From Thelocarpon superellum (Eukaryota), in assembly GCA_026025795.1 (NCBI GenBank), contig JAPEUG010000140.1, forward strand, positions 1 through 38,176: a DNA stretch of 38,176 nt, given 5' to 3'. This document shows positions 11,555 through 23,712 of the stretch, piece after piece. Under the pieces are notes generated by a model, which saw nothing but the letters and a program-made list of their open reading frames with translations, did no database searches and was not told the DNA's origin. The translations under genes and the position numbers were made by a program. Numbering within the stretch: the stretch's first letter is position 1; each line of letters starts with the position of its first letter.

Positions 11555-13703
11555 TCATAAGAGTAAGTTCCGTTTCCGTGCCTCCTCAACCACCTCCTCA
11601 CCTTTGGTCCGATAGATGAACCAGCCTTCGACGGTAGCGACGACAGCCAGCGCGATGGCGGGACCTGTCCAGAGACCAGCCAACTCCCAATGAAGGCCGA
11701 AGCCGGTCCCGAACGAGATTGGCATCGCAATCTGTCACGGTAAAAGATTAGCAGGCGACACGGCGAGAGGGGGCAAGTTCCGAGAGCATACGGCGTAGTA
11801 GGCAAACAGATTGACCCAGCCACCGATGCTTTGCCGGCCCAGGCCCCGGAGAACGCCATTGCAGCACGCCGCAAGCGCGTCAAACAGCTGGAATGTTGCC
11901 CCGATGGGGAGAATGCGGGCCACGAGTGCAATGACGGCGGGATCATTCGTATACAGACGTGGGATGTATGAGCGGAGAAGGAAGAGGAGCGAGGCATTCA
12001 GCAGCCCCACAATACCGGACGCCACAAGGGACACACGGATCGACGTCTTGGCCGCGTTCGAGAGTGCGGCACCGATAAGATTGGCGATTCGCGTCGAGGC
12101 GGCGATGGAGATGGGAAAGGGGACCATATACATCAGCGCTAACACGTTGCTGATGATTGACTGTGCAGCGAGATGGGTGTTGCTGAAGTAGCTTGCAGCC
12201 AGCGTGAGAATCTCGAAAGCTAGCCACTCTGCTTCCACCATCAACAGGCCCGGCAGGGCGAGGCGAATCATTGGGCCCCAGTTATTCATGGCACGCCAGG
12301 TGAAGCCGGGCCAACATTCGCGACCGCCGACCACGACAACATAGAGCAAGAGACCGAGAGGAAGCAGATTCTCCGTGACGACGATGGCGATGGGCGCGCC
12401 GACAAATCCCCATTGAAATTTCTACGCACCCTCACGTACGTCAGATTGTCGGATGCGGAGCGACTAGAACGGCAGAGATGGGGAGTCAACGTACCCACAC
12501 AAAGAGCCAGCTCAGGAAGGCATTGAGCGGCGCGCAGACGAGAAGAACGTATAACGTCGCGCTGAAGAGGCCCTGAGCTTGCAAGAATCTCTTTCCAGCT
12601 TCAAATGCTGCGTAGCCAGGCGCTCCGAGCACGAGGATCCTCAACGACAAGCCGGCAAGGTCTGCCAGCGCGGGATCTGGTATGATGCGTCGAAGGATCG
12701 CAGCCGAGCAGAGCCAGAGCGCAGCGATGGGGATAGTGGCCAACCACAGGAAGTAGATCATCCGTTGCATCTGGAGCCCCACGAGGTCCTTGCGCCCAGA
12801 TCCATAAGCCTGCGCGCACAGCGTATCCAGGCTGGTGGCAAGGCCTTGATAGACGGCATAGCCCGTGATGTTGGCCGTCATGTTCGCCAAGCTCGCCGCG
12901 CCCAGTTCCATCGTGCCCAGATGCCCCACGGCGACGATACCGGCAATAAGGAGGGAGTAGTGTAGGAGAAAGGTCACGACCAGCGGCCGAGAATACCTGA
13001 CCAGGATTTGGGTCTCTCGCCGCCACGTCGTCTGGATCTTGCCGGATAATACGGCCGCCTCCCAGGACTCTTCTCCGGCAAGACTGGTTGCGCCGCTGGT
13101 ACGGGAGGATAGGCGATCGGGTAAGAGCGCGGTAGTCTCTGAGGGCTCGTCGGCCTGCACGGCCGACCCATCAGGCGGATCGTCCGCCGTAATTGGGGGT
13201 GGCGAGGTACTCAGATATCGCCGAAGAAAACCTTCCACGGCACCCATGTTTTCATCCACGGTATTGGAGTCGCTTGGCGGAAGCACATGGTCATCTCTCA
13301 TCAGATTATATTCTTCGCGCAGGACCTCTTCGCGCTCGGGGGTGGTCAGATATTCATTGTCCGGTAGATGGAGGGCCGGGACGATGGACATTCTGGGCCC
13401 AGCCGCAACGAAACTTGCCCGCCGGTAGGAGCTTTTCCCCGAGAGGTCGAGCATGTCGGAGTCGGTGCGACGCATAGGCGGCTGGACCGTTGAGGTCTCA
13501 GACTGAACGTCATCAGCCTGAGCGTCATCGCTCGATCCCTCTCGCTCGGTCGAGGACGACCCGCGTGGAATCTGGGAGGTCAAGACACCCGGTGGATAAT
13601 GGGCGAACGAGCGCTTCAGGGGAGATTCTGTAGGTAGACTATTAGACGGAGCCATTGAATGTGCAACCTGTGTCGGCGGCGGGTGCGGGACGTATTCGTG
13701 CAT
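11555..13703 (-). CDS. MATE-family efflux transporter with long hydrophilic N-terminus (introns 12422-12494, 11732-11791; start uncertain)
   Basis: VGHLGTMELGAASLANMTANITG, GLATSLDTLCAQAYG, KRFLQAQG, EWLAFEILTL, STRIANLIGA, FQLFDALAA, GVLRGLGRQ. A further upstream exon (13847-13767) is possible. Confidence 0.93.
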
Positions 13704-14413
13704 CTGCAATCAAAGGAGAGATGTTTACATGATCGGCGGACAATGCATTCCTCCGAGAGCACCGACGTGCACAGGGCAGCTGTGCTTCATATCAGGTTGC
13801 ATCTCTGGAGAGCCTTGACGGCTTCGGGTGTGCCTTGTCCATGGCATTGTAAATCGTCGACCCACTAGGGTAAGTGCAGGAAATCCTTTCCAAAAGTGTG
13901 GTGGAGCTACAGCTGCGGCAGCGGTGCGGTAGGCGAGGAAACCAAGTTTGGTCCGATATGACTCAGGATAAGGGCTACGGCCCTGCCCCTCCCCCGCCAC
14001 ATGTCTCGCGTAACCAGTGCACGGCGGTGTAGGGAATGAAGTTCCGAAGTTGAGGTCAGTCCGCCCGGTGAGATGTCCTCAGAACGCAGCAGTCGTTCGA
14101 TGTCTGGGCCAAGAGTCGAACTACGCCGATGTGTACGAAGTCTGATACGGTGTCCATGTCTGGATATGCAACAGGGCCCAAACTCTCGGTAGTAGTGGGG
14201 CCGTCTAGTCTCGTCATCCACGTACGAGCAACATGGTCATGGACTTCGCTACGACATCGGGAGCTGGTAAAAGCCTCAAAGAGCGCCGCCGAGATGGTAC
14301 TTCATAGTAGTGGTCACATCTCTATGCGCGTCCAGTGACCGCGTGAAATCCCGGCCTCATGAAATGGTGGTTCTCGCAGAACCACTTTTTCATTGTCCCC
14401 ATCGACCGCCATC

Positions 14414-15098
14414 ATGACGCACATCATCACGACCGATGAGGAGACCGTTCGGAATACCTTCAGTTCCTTGGGTGACCGCATTGGTGCGAGACCGGTGCTT
14501 GTTGAGCAGTAAGTAATACGTCCCGTGCCTCGCCGGCGACGACGGGTAGGAGACTGAGCAGGCAAAGACACCACACCGGATATCTTTTCCTGGCCCGGCC
14601 CCTTCTCGGTCCGCTGCTCTTTGAGAACAGTGACTCGGATGCGCGGGACCACTGCGCGTGTGAGCGAAGTAAAGATGCCCACTCCTCCTGTCTCGTCAAG
14701 ACCGACACCGCTCACCGTCTCAAGCGTTTCTGTCATGGCTGCGGTTGGCCGTGTACATGGCCATCGTGTCCATGGCCATCGTCATGTCCTTTCACTTGAA
14801 GCGGCAGCCGTCACCGATGGAGCGGCGCATGGCCCTCCCGCTGGGCTTGATCTTTTGGGGCCTCGCGTTAGTGTGCCTGGCCCTGGGCTTTGCCAACTAC
14901 ATCAATGCCGTGACGAAGTATAGTCGGCGGCAGGCCTTGGTGCAAACTGGTTGGAAGACACAGCTTGTGGGAACACCAATCTGGCTCTGTCGTTGCGAGT
15001 GGTCGCTAACAGTGGCGCAGGTTTCTACCATTGTCGCAGCGGCTATCGTCGCCGTTTGCATCCTCTTCCTGGCTACGGATTCCCAGCAGGCCCGGTGA
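14414..15098 (+). CDS. DUF202-type small membrane protein (exons 14414-14508, 14562-14668, 14725-14966, 15021-15098)
   Basis: The spliced product contains LLFENSDSDARDHCACERTFLSWLRL (DUF202-like ARDHxAxERTFLxWLR motif) followed by three hydrophobic helices. Confidence 0.85.
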
Positions 15099-15308
15099 GT
15101 CTTCGGACGCGGGACAGCACGGACAGCCGATGACCTTCGTGTGAGCGAAGGAACAATGGAAGCCGGAGAAGTTTTCGAGGCAACAATTACACGATGGTAA
15201 ATATTGAAGACACTAGCCGTAGTCCATTCCACATTTCCCCACACCGTGCAGGCATTTGCATCGTCAACGCCAATAGATCCTGTCTCGAGCGAGCGACGGT
15301 CACGCCTG

Positions 15309-16316
15309 TCAGAATTCCAACACTGCCCAGGTCTCATCATCCACCGTGGTGAAGATGATCCCATGCCCCAACAGCTCATCCCCGGCTTTCATGGCATCGG
15401 CGATCTGCATGCCCAACTGCGCCGCCAAGTTCTGCACGTGGAGCCCCTCGTTATTCTGCGGGGATGCCCGGAGCGCCGAGTAGATCTTCTTGGCATTGTT
15501 GGACATCGGGGGTAGGGTCCTCCCAGCGACTTCCATGGCGGTCTCTGCGTTGCCGCCATCCTGACCGTAAGCGCCATTGCTCTGCAGTCCATCCTTGCCC
15601 TTGATCAACTGCTCGGGCGGGCCGCGGGTGAAGTAGCAGTGGACCAGGGTCGCCTCAAGCAGATGGTACTGCACTTCATTGAAATCCTCCACCTTGCGGA
15701 TGACGTGGGCGCCGACGTGGACCTTGTTGGCAAACGACTTCATCGTGCCCCACACCCGCGCGTAATTTCCCTCCGACACCTTGGAACAATCGTCTTCCGA
15801 CATGTCCATCTCGTTGGCATCCGAGTCAATCCACGACTTGACTTCGACAATGGCCGTCCCGTCGTCGACTTTATAGGTGACGTTGGTCGTCTGTCGCGAT
15901 ACGTTTCGGATCTGCCCTACAAAGGTAATCTGGTCACGGGTCAGACTGGAGGCACCACAACATGCCTACCCGGAGCTTACTTGAGTGATCTCCGAGCCGT
16001 CGATCCGGAACTTGGCATCTGGGTGGGGTTGCTGCGCTTCCAACACCTGTCGGATCGTGACCGGCCGCAAGGTATCATTTCCATACTACATGGATGGTCT
16101 TCAGCACAGGTACCGTCCAGCTTTTTGCACGCTTCCTACCTTCGACCCGCTTGGGCTTGCTTGGCTTCCACCTTGTGAGCCGGCCTGGTTGACGAAGCCG
16201 CCACCGGACGCCCCGCCTTGGGCCCCGTAGGTGGTGGTCGAGTATCCATTACTGTAGTCGTAACCTGCCTATGTCAGTCTGAGCGTCGTGATACCAGGAG
16301 GACGCGCCTTACTCAT
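15309..16316 (-). CDS. RFA2: Replication protein A 32-kDa subunit (exons 16316-16313, 16264-16140, 16085-15981, 15929-15309)
   Basis: Gly/Ser-rich N-terminus with GGGF, DTLRPVTIRQ, OB fold ITFVGQIRNV..TYKVDDGT, DFNEVQYHLLE, and a C-terminal winged helix ending GIIFTTVDDETW. Confidence 0.95.
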
Positions 16317-16637
16317 CTTGACAGAAGTGTATTGCTTGGCTTTCTCTTGGGAGGATGAAAGTGTTGATAGGAGTGGCGGTGCGACACGTCCCAGGCCAGG
16401 ACGACGCGACGGAAATGCTGACTTTGCCTCTGCAGGTTGCCGTAGTATCGTGCCCCCACCTTAGGCGAACACCTCGACACCGCGAGTCGGGCGGTGGCGG
16501 TGTAACGGGGATTCGATTGCGAACCTTTCCGGCAAACCGATATTCTGGGTCAGATTTCCGCCGCACTTTCCAATGCATCGTGCAGTCCGAGAACCTACCA
16601 ACGGCCAGATCCATGAACGACCGGCAGCTACACGAAG

Positions 16638-19388
16638 ATGCCTCACCGGGCCTTTTCACCCGCTGCCTTGGAAAATGAGCTCGACATTTCCCAAGCCCTG
16701 GCTGAGATGGATGATGGCGCCTCAGGAACAGATCCTACGGCAGCATCGGCATCGGCACCGGCACGGCGAAACGGCGGGCGTACTGTCGCCGAGACTGATG
16801 AGATCCTAAATCTCCTCGCCGAGCCTATCGATGCCGATGAGGACGATGAAGGGTATCTGGCGGCCCAGCAAGCAGCATTCTTCCGCAAAAGTGCCAACAT
16901 CAAAGGACGCAGCGTGAAGAAGGGTGGGGGTTTCCAGGCCATGGGACTGAATCTCAATCTCCTCAAGGCCATCACACGCAAGGGATATGCCGTGCCCACG
17001 CCTATTCAACGCAAGACCATTCCTTTGGTCTTGGATGGCCAGGACGTCGTGGGTATGGCACGGACCGGATCGGGCAAGACAGCCGCTTTTGTGATTCCCA
17101 TGATCCAGAAGCTCAAGGCTCACAGTGCGCGGGTTGGCGCCCGAGCCATCGTCCTCTCACCGTCAAGGGAGCTAGCGCTCCAAACGCTGAAGGTGGTCAA
17201 GGAACTTGCACGAGGAGCGGATCTCCGTTGCATCCTGCTTGTGGGAGGAGACAGTCTCGAGGATCAGTTCGCCGCCTTGGCTTCAAATCCCGACATCATT
17301 ATCGCCACCCCAGGGAGGTTCCTCCACCTGCAAGTGGAGATGAGCCTTGATCTCTCGTCGGTCCGATATGCCGTCTTCGACGAAGCCGATCGCCTGTTCG
17401 AGATGGGCTTCGCCGCGCAGTTGGCGGAGATTCTCCACGCCTTGCCCGCTTCTCGGCAAACCCTACTCTTTTCCGCCACGCTCCCCAAATCCTTGGTCGA
17501 ATTTGCCCGCGCCGGCCTGCAAGAACCGAATCTCGTCCGACTCGACGCGGAGAGTAAGATCTCACCCGATTTGCAGAGTGCTTTCTTCACCGTCAAGAGC
17601 TCGGAGAAGGAGGGCGCCCTGTTGCACGTCATCGGACACATCATCAATATCCCCACCGGCCCTCCAGTCCTGGCTGTGAGTGAGACGACCCCCCGGAAAC
17701 GTAAACGGGCGCCGGAAGGTGCGAACCCTACGGACACACCCACCGAGTTTTCTACCGTCGTCTTCACCGCCACCAAGCACCATGTCGAGTACGTGGCGGC
17801 GCTCTTACGCGTCGCCGGATTTGCCGTTTCCTATGCCTACGGCTCTCTCGACCAAACCGCGCGCCGCATGCAGGTGCAAAACTTTCGCTCGGGTCTGACC
17901 CATGTCCTCGTGGTGACCGACGTGGCGGCGCGTGGCATCGATATCCCCATCCTTGCCAACGTGGTCAACTACGACTTTCCCGCGCAGCCCAAGATCTTTG
18001 TGCATCGGGTGGGGAGAACTGCGCGTGCCGGACAACAAGGATGGAGTTATAGCCTAGTCACCGAGGCCGATGCGCCTTACCTGCTCGACCTTCAACTCTT
18101 CCTTGGACGACGACTCGTGTGTGGAGATCAGAGTGATGGCGATGAACGTGCCAGCTTCGCGCAGGACGTTGTCGTTGGCGGCTTTCCGCGAGACGCATTG
18201 GAACGCGGCTGCGAGGAAGCCTTCAAATTTCTGCAGGACGAATCTGACCTAGCGGTGCTTCGTTCCGTGGCTGGCAAGGGAGAGAAGCTCTACATCCGAA
18301 CTCGAAATGCAGCCTCATCCGAAAGTGCCAAGCGATCGAAGACTGTCGTCACGGGCCGAGGCTGGGAGGGCCTGCACCCGTTGTTCGCCGACGCTTCAGA
18401 TAGGCGAGAGCGGGCGCGAAGGGACATGGTAGCCCGTGTCAGTGGCTTTCGGCCGCATGAAACGGTCTTTGAGATTGGCAACCGTGGACGTGGCGAGGCC
18501 GCAGAGATCATGAGAAGACGACGGCAGAAGATCACTCCACGGGGCCCGCCGAGCGGGCGGGCCCAATCGAGAGCGCAAGACTCCGCCGGGACGATGAGTT
18601 TCGCCGACACCCTGGACAAGGCGTCCCACCTAGACGACCTTTCCGCAAATGGTGCAGATGGTGAGAGCGACTCGGCGTCCGAAGAGCTCGAGGTGACCGC
18701 GTCGCAAGCCAACGCGCGAGCGGGTGGCGCTTCCGATGCCGCATGGACAGACTCCGAACATTTTATGTCATACGTCCCAACGTCCACCAACCTGGCGGAG
18801 GATCGCGGATATGGAGTGCACTCTGGTGCTACTCATCGTGCGTCGGATGGTGGAAACTTCGTGCAGGCTGCACAAGGTGTTAGCATGGACCTCACCAACG
18901 ATGAGGGTTCAAAGTCCTTTGCCGAACCGAGCCGAGCGAGGGGCATGCGGTGGGACAAGAAGCAAAAGAAATTCGTCGCTCGTGCCAACGACGAAGATGG
19001 CAGCAAGGGGGCCAAGTTCATCAAAGGCGAGAGCGGTCAGAAGATTGCGGCGAGCTTCCGAAGCGGGCGCTTTGACGCTTGGCGCAGATTGAACAAGATC
19101 GATCGGATGCCACGTACCGGCGAAGCGGAGACTACATCGACGCTCGCGAAACCCGTACGATTCAAGCACCGACAGCAGAAGGCGCCCAAAGAGGCTGACA
19201 AATTCCGCGATGACTACCACAAGCGGAAGAAACGGGTGGAGGAGGCCAAGGAGCAGGGGGGTGCAAAATCCCGCCACGGTGGGGTGAAGTCCGAGATACG
19301 CAGCGTCGACGACGTCCGGAAGCAACGCACGATGAAGACCCAGCGGCGCGAGAAGAACGCTCGACCATCGAAGCGGCGAAAGGGGTGA
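16638..19388 (+). CDS. DBP10: DEAD-box RNA helicase Dbp10 (60S biogenesis), intronless, 916 aa
   Basis: [51 protein letters not shown], and the DBP10 C-terminal signature [31 protein letters not shown]. Confidence 0.97.
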   Translation: MPHRAFSPAALENELDISQALAEMDDGASGTDPTAASASAPARRNGGRTVAETDEILNLLAEPIDADEDDEGYLAAQQAAFFRKSANIKGRSVKKGGGFQAMGLNLNLLKAITRKGYAVPTPIQRKTIPLVLDGQDVVGMARTGSGKTAAFVIPMIQKLKAHSARVGARAIVLSPSRELALQTLKVVKELARGADLRCILLVGGDSLEDQFAALASNPDIIIATPGRFLHLQVEMSLDLSSVRYAVFDEADRLFEMGFAAQLAEILHALPASRQTLLFSATLPKSLVEFARAGLQEPNLVRLDAESKISPDLQSAFFTVKSSEKEGALLHVIGHIINIPTGPPVLAVSETTPRKRKRAPEGANPTDTPTEFSTVVFTATKHHVEYVAALLRVAGFAVSYAYGSLDQTARRMQVQNFRSGLTHVLVVTDVAARGIDIPILANVVNYDFPAQPKIFVHRVGRTARAGQQGWSYSLVTEADAPYLLDLQLFLGRRLVCGDQSDGDERASFAQDVVVGGFPRDALERGCEEAFKFLQDESDLAVLRSVAGKGEKLYIRTRNAASSESAKRSKTVVTGRGWEGLHPLFADASDRRERARRDMVARVSGFRPHETVFEIGNRGRGEAAEIMRRRRQKITPRGPPSGRAQSRAQDSAGTMSFADTLDKASHLDDLSANGADGESDSASEELEVTASQANARAGGASDAAWTDSEHFMSYVPTSTNLAEDRGYGVHSGATHRASDGGNFVQAAQGVSMDLTNDEGSKSFAEPSRARGMRWDKKQKKFVARANDEDGSKGAKFIKGESGQKIAASFRSGRFDAWRRLNKIDRMPRTGEAETTSTLAKPVRFKHRQQKAPKEADKFRDDYHKRKKRVEEAKEQGGAKSRHGGVKSEIRSVDDVRKQRTMKTQRREKNARPSKRRKG

Positions 19389-19730
19389 ACAAGCGTAACG
19401 ATGAGGCTGCTGGCGTACCACAAGGATGGCGGTGATATTATAATGCTTATGTAAGCACGACTGAACCGAGGTAACTCTCACGCATGGGCGACGCGGGACT
19501 CGCGCGATGGACGAGGCGAGTCTAGTCGAGGCGTCGACGGAGGGGAGTACGAGTAGATGACGAGATATGAAGATGGCGAGGTGTAGAAGGCGAGGGATCC
19601 ACCTGTGCTTAGGCGCCTCAATCCCCTTCCGCCTTTCCTACCTCTCCGACACATCCTCTTCTCTCAATCACATCTCAATCGCCCCGGACTCTTGAAGTAG
19701 TCTCTCTCTGGCATTCACGCACGTGCCACG

Positions 19731-22637
19731 ATGGGTGTGCCGGATCCCCGGACTCTGCCCCTGGTCCCCCTCGCCAACGATGCCGTTCTCCTTCCCGGCA
19801 TCATGTTGCGGATTCCGGTCGCCGATCGGCCCGATATCATCGCCGTATTATCCAACCTCTACGGTCGCGCAGCGACCGCCAAGTCGCGAATCTCCCGAGC
19901 GCTGTCGACCATCGGCTGTGTCCCGCTCAACTCGTCGCTGCTTAGCCCGGACGGGCAAAACCTCATAACCGAGTCGTCAGACAAGCCCTCAATCAGTGGT
20001 GACAGCACGCCCGTCGATGCCGCACACGCAACGGCTCACGATCTATTCCGTTATGGCGCAGTCGCGAAGATTTCGGGGGTGGAAGGCAAGGGAACAGGCG
20101 AGGTGGCCCTCCTGGTGGAAGGCATTGGTCGATTCCACATCGACAAGTTCACGCGAGAAACGCCCTTTTTCGAGGCCGTGGTGAGCGACCTCGCAGATTC
20201 AGGTACGTAGGCCAGGACGCTGTGGCATTGTGGAACGGTGTAAGCAACTGATCACGCCGGCAGTGATCGAGGCTTCCGACATCACCTCCCAGGGGCTGTT
20301 CGCCCACCTCAAGCAACTATCGAGAGAATTGCTCGCGCTCCTGCGCCTGGCCTCGCTCCTCCCACGAGTCTCGTCATCTAATCTGTCGCCGATGATGGCG
20401 AAGCGCCTTGAGGCCTTCGTTGCGAACAAGAATCTCGATCAAGCCGGAATCCTAGCTGACTTTATGGCCAACCTCGTCGAAGCCACCAAAGAGGAAAAGC
20501 TGCAGGTTCTAGCGGCCGCAGAGATCAAGGTACGACTGGAGCGGGTCATCGAGCTGCTCGCGCGACAAGTCAATAGCATCAAGAGCAGCGTCAAGATCAC
20601 GTCCATCACGAGTACTAGCTTCCCTGCTGGCATCGATCTGGATAAGCTCAACAAGCGGCAGCGCGATGCTCTCACTCGCCGGGGCATGGGAGCGATCGTA
20701 CCGTCGCAGGTGTCTGGGTCGCATGGTGATGAGGCCGACGACGAAGTGGACGAGCTGGACGAGCTGAAGAAGAAGCTCCACGAGGCCAAGTTAACACCGG
20801 ATGCGCAAAAGGTGGCGGACCGGGAACTCCGGCGGCTCAAGAAGATGAGTCCCGCCCAGGCCGAATATCAAGTGTGTCGGAACTATCTGGAGAACCTGGC
20901 CGAGATCCCTTGGAGCAAGACGACCGAAGACCAATTGGGTGCCGAGACCCTGGCGCGTGCGCGCAAGCAGCTGGATGACGACCATTACGGGCTTGACAAG
21001 ATCAAAAAGCGCTTGCTCGAGTATCTAGCTGTGCTCAGGCTCAAGCAGGCCGTCAACGCCGACCTCGACGCGCAGATCGCCGAGGCCACCAACGACGCCC
21101 GGGCTATCAGCCCCCCGGCGCCCTCCGACTTGAGCCCCGACGCCGACCCTTATATGGCGGACGGCAAGGTGCAGATTCTTCAGAGCAAGCGCATGGTGGA
21201 CAAATCGCCGATCCTACTGCTCGTGGGGCCCCCCGGCACGGGCAAGACGAGTCTAGCCAAATCCGTGGCGACTGCCTTGGGTCGAAAGTTCCATCGGATC
21301 TCCTTGGGCGGCGTGCGCGATGAGGCGGAGATCCGTGGACACCGGCGGACGTACGTGGCGGCGATGCCGGGCCTTATCGTTAATGGGCTCAAGAAGGTCG
21401 GTGTGTCGAACCCCGTCTTTCTCCTCGACGAGATTGACAAGGTGGGCACCTCCAACTTCCACGGCGACCCGTCGGCAGCCATGCTCGAGGTTCTGGACCC
21501 TGAACAGAACTACACCTTCATCGATCACTACGTGAATATCCCTATCGACTTGAGCAAGGTTCTCTTCATCGCGACCGCCAATACTCTTGACACGATCCCA
21601 CCACCCCTACTCGACCGCATGGAGACCATTTCCTTGTCCGGGTACACAACGCTCGAGAAGCGGCACATTGCGAGTCGGCACCTGATCCCCAAGCAGATCG
21701 GCACCAACGGGCTCCAGGAGGCGCAAGTCCGTTTCGACGACGCAGTCTTGGATCAGATCATCACCGCCTACACACGCGAATCGGGTGTACGCAACCTGGA
21801 ACGCGAGATTGGGTCCGTGTGTCGAGCGAAAGCGGTACAATTTGCCGAGGCGCAAGACAGTGGTCACCTAGAGACATACCGGCCGCAGGTCACGGTCGCG
21901 GAAGTCGAGGACATTCTGGGCGTTGAAAAGTTTGACGAGGAGATCGCCGAGACAACGAGCCGGCCGGGCGTCGTGACGGGACTGGTGGCGTACAGCAGCG
22001 GGGGCAATGGCAGTATCCTCTTCATTGAGGTGGCCGACATGCCCGGCAGCGGACGCGTGCAGCTGACGGGCAAGCTCGGAGACGTGCTGAAGGAGAGCGT
22101 CGAGGTCGCCCTGACCTGGGTCAAGGCGCATGCCTTTGATCTCGGCCTCACCCTCGACCCCCGCGAGGACATCATGAAGAATCGCAGCGTGCATGTGCAT
22201 TGCCCGTCGGGCGCCGTTCCCAAGGATGGACCGTCGGCCGGTCTGGCGCACACCGTGGCCTTGATCTCGCTCTTTTCCGGCAAGGCAGTGTCGCCGACGC
22301 TGGCCATGACGGGCGAGGTCTCGCTCCGTGGGCGTGTCACCGCTGTCGGAGGCATCAAGGAGAAGCTGATCGGTGCTCTGCGGGCCGGAGTCAAGACCGT
22401 CTTACTGCCCGCACAGAACCGCAAAGACGTCAAGGACCTCCCAGACGAGGTCAAAGAGGGATTGGAGATCATCCCTGTGGCGTATGTGAACTCTTGGCAC
22501 TGAGCCTTCTCGTCCGAAAAACAACGACTGACTCTGCTGTGGCATCTAGGCACATCTGGGAAGGATTGAGGCAAGTGTGGCCCGACACCCACTGGCGCGG
22601 CGAGGCGCATCTAGCTGGCATTGAATCAAGGCTCTGA
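19731..22637 (+). CDS. LONP2: Peroxisomal Lon protease (LONP2-type; exons 19731-20202, 20264-22481, 22550-22637)
   Basis: LON N-domain (LPLVPL..VLLPG), Walker A GPPGTGKT, Walker B LLDEIDK, catalytic PKDGPSAG and GGIKEK, C-terminal PTS1 -SRL. Confidence 0.95.
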
Positions 22638-22951
22638 GGTGCGAGGTGCAAGGTGCATGGCAAGCGGAGTTTTTCAGCACAAGGGCGCCTTCAAGATCTT
22701 TTGCTGTGAGAGATGACGTGCTGCTCTTTGACATGTCTTGTCGCTTGAAAACTACCAAGCATATGAATTCAACGTTATACATTGAACGGCGTACCATTCT
22801 ATCCTCTGGGTCTGATAGTCCACTTGAACGTCGATGCATTGCTCGTGGCCAGCCAGGTCCAATCACAAGACAATGCACGTGACCTGACTGTTCGGACACG
22901 GACGCTTTGGTCGCCCAGACCTTGGGGTGAACTCCTCGTTTAGCCATGGTA

Positions 22952-23094
22952 CTGTGGAGGCTCCATACGGGAGCTCAAGGCTTCTGAGTAAGCCGCTTCA
23001 CGTGACCCACAATAGCTGTATATCAGAACAACGGATAGCTTCCGTAGAATAGACCACCCATCTCCAGTGGAATAACCGGGGTGCGTCAGTACGA
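22952..23094 (+). repeat. Dispersed ~143-bp element, copy 1 (candidate structured ncRNA or non-autonomous element)
   Basis: Aligns to 28517-28662 with about 120 of 146 identities by hand, including perfect blocks of 25, 12, 24 and 18 nt. Flanks are unrelated. Confidence 0.9.
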
Positions 23095-23712
23095 TTACGG
23101 GCGGGCCGTCACCGCCAACTTGCCTTTCGGAGAATGAGCTATTTTCTTGTCAGGCTCTTACTCATGCCTGCTGCTGGGAGGAGCGTCAGCGGGCACATCA
23201 CCTTCCTCGACAGGTCGACCGGTGGGTAGTACCGCCCGCCGTGCATAAGCGAGAAGCCTCACCCACCGCCTGCATGGTGCTAGAATACATCCTCACCTGC
23301 ACCTTTGCTCGCGCCTTCGTTGCAGACACAAGGAGCCCCACAGTCTTGCATCGGAGATCATGGTAGGTCCCTGCACTTTACAATGGCTGGCTGCTCGACG
23401 TCTTCATCCGGCTGGACCCCCGAATCGTTGCATCTGCTTCAATTTGAGGCAGCAGGCGATACCGCGCGCGCTGACCTCTGCATCTCCACACGTCATGGTG
23501 GAAGTGGCCTTTGCTCCCTCTATCAAGCCGTTCCCGCGCCGAGTCATGCAAGCACTTCGCTTCGTCCTATGACAAGGATCTCCTCCGTTGCACGGGTCCC
23601 GTGCATTCTCACCCCTCCCACAGCAGGTCAGATTCTCATCTACTCTCCACTCTTCTCCTCCTTCTCTGCCGCTTTCGACTATCTTCTCTTGAGCTTCGGC
23701 ACAACGTGAAAC

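Noticed and set aside
16643..22610. Long antisense or alternate-frame ORFs over DBP10 and Lon
   Set aside because: Typical shadows of GC-rich codon usage; no independent motifs.
22969..23043. tRNA gene (cloverleaf-sized fold; GGGAGCT/AGCTTCC stem with an Ala-like G3.U70 pair)
   Set aside because: No TTC-containing T-loop or B box, no D-loop GG, and no canonical 7-nt anticodon loop. Kept only as an unexplained structured element.
22952..23094. Helitron, MITE, solo LTR or H/ACA snoRNA identity for the repeat
   Set aside because: The minus strand starts TC and has a subterminal hairpin, but ends ACAG rather than CTRR, and only copy 1 sits in an AT site. No TIRs, TG..CA ends or TSDs. AGAATA fits an H box but no ACA box follows.
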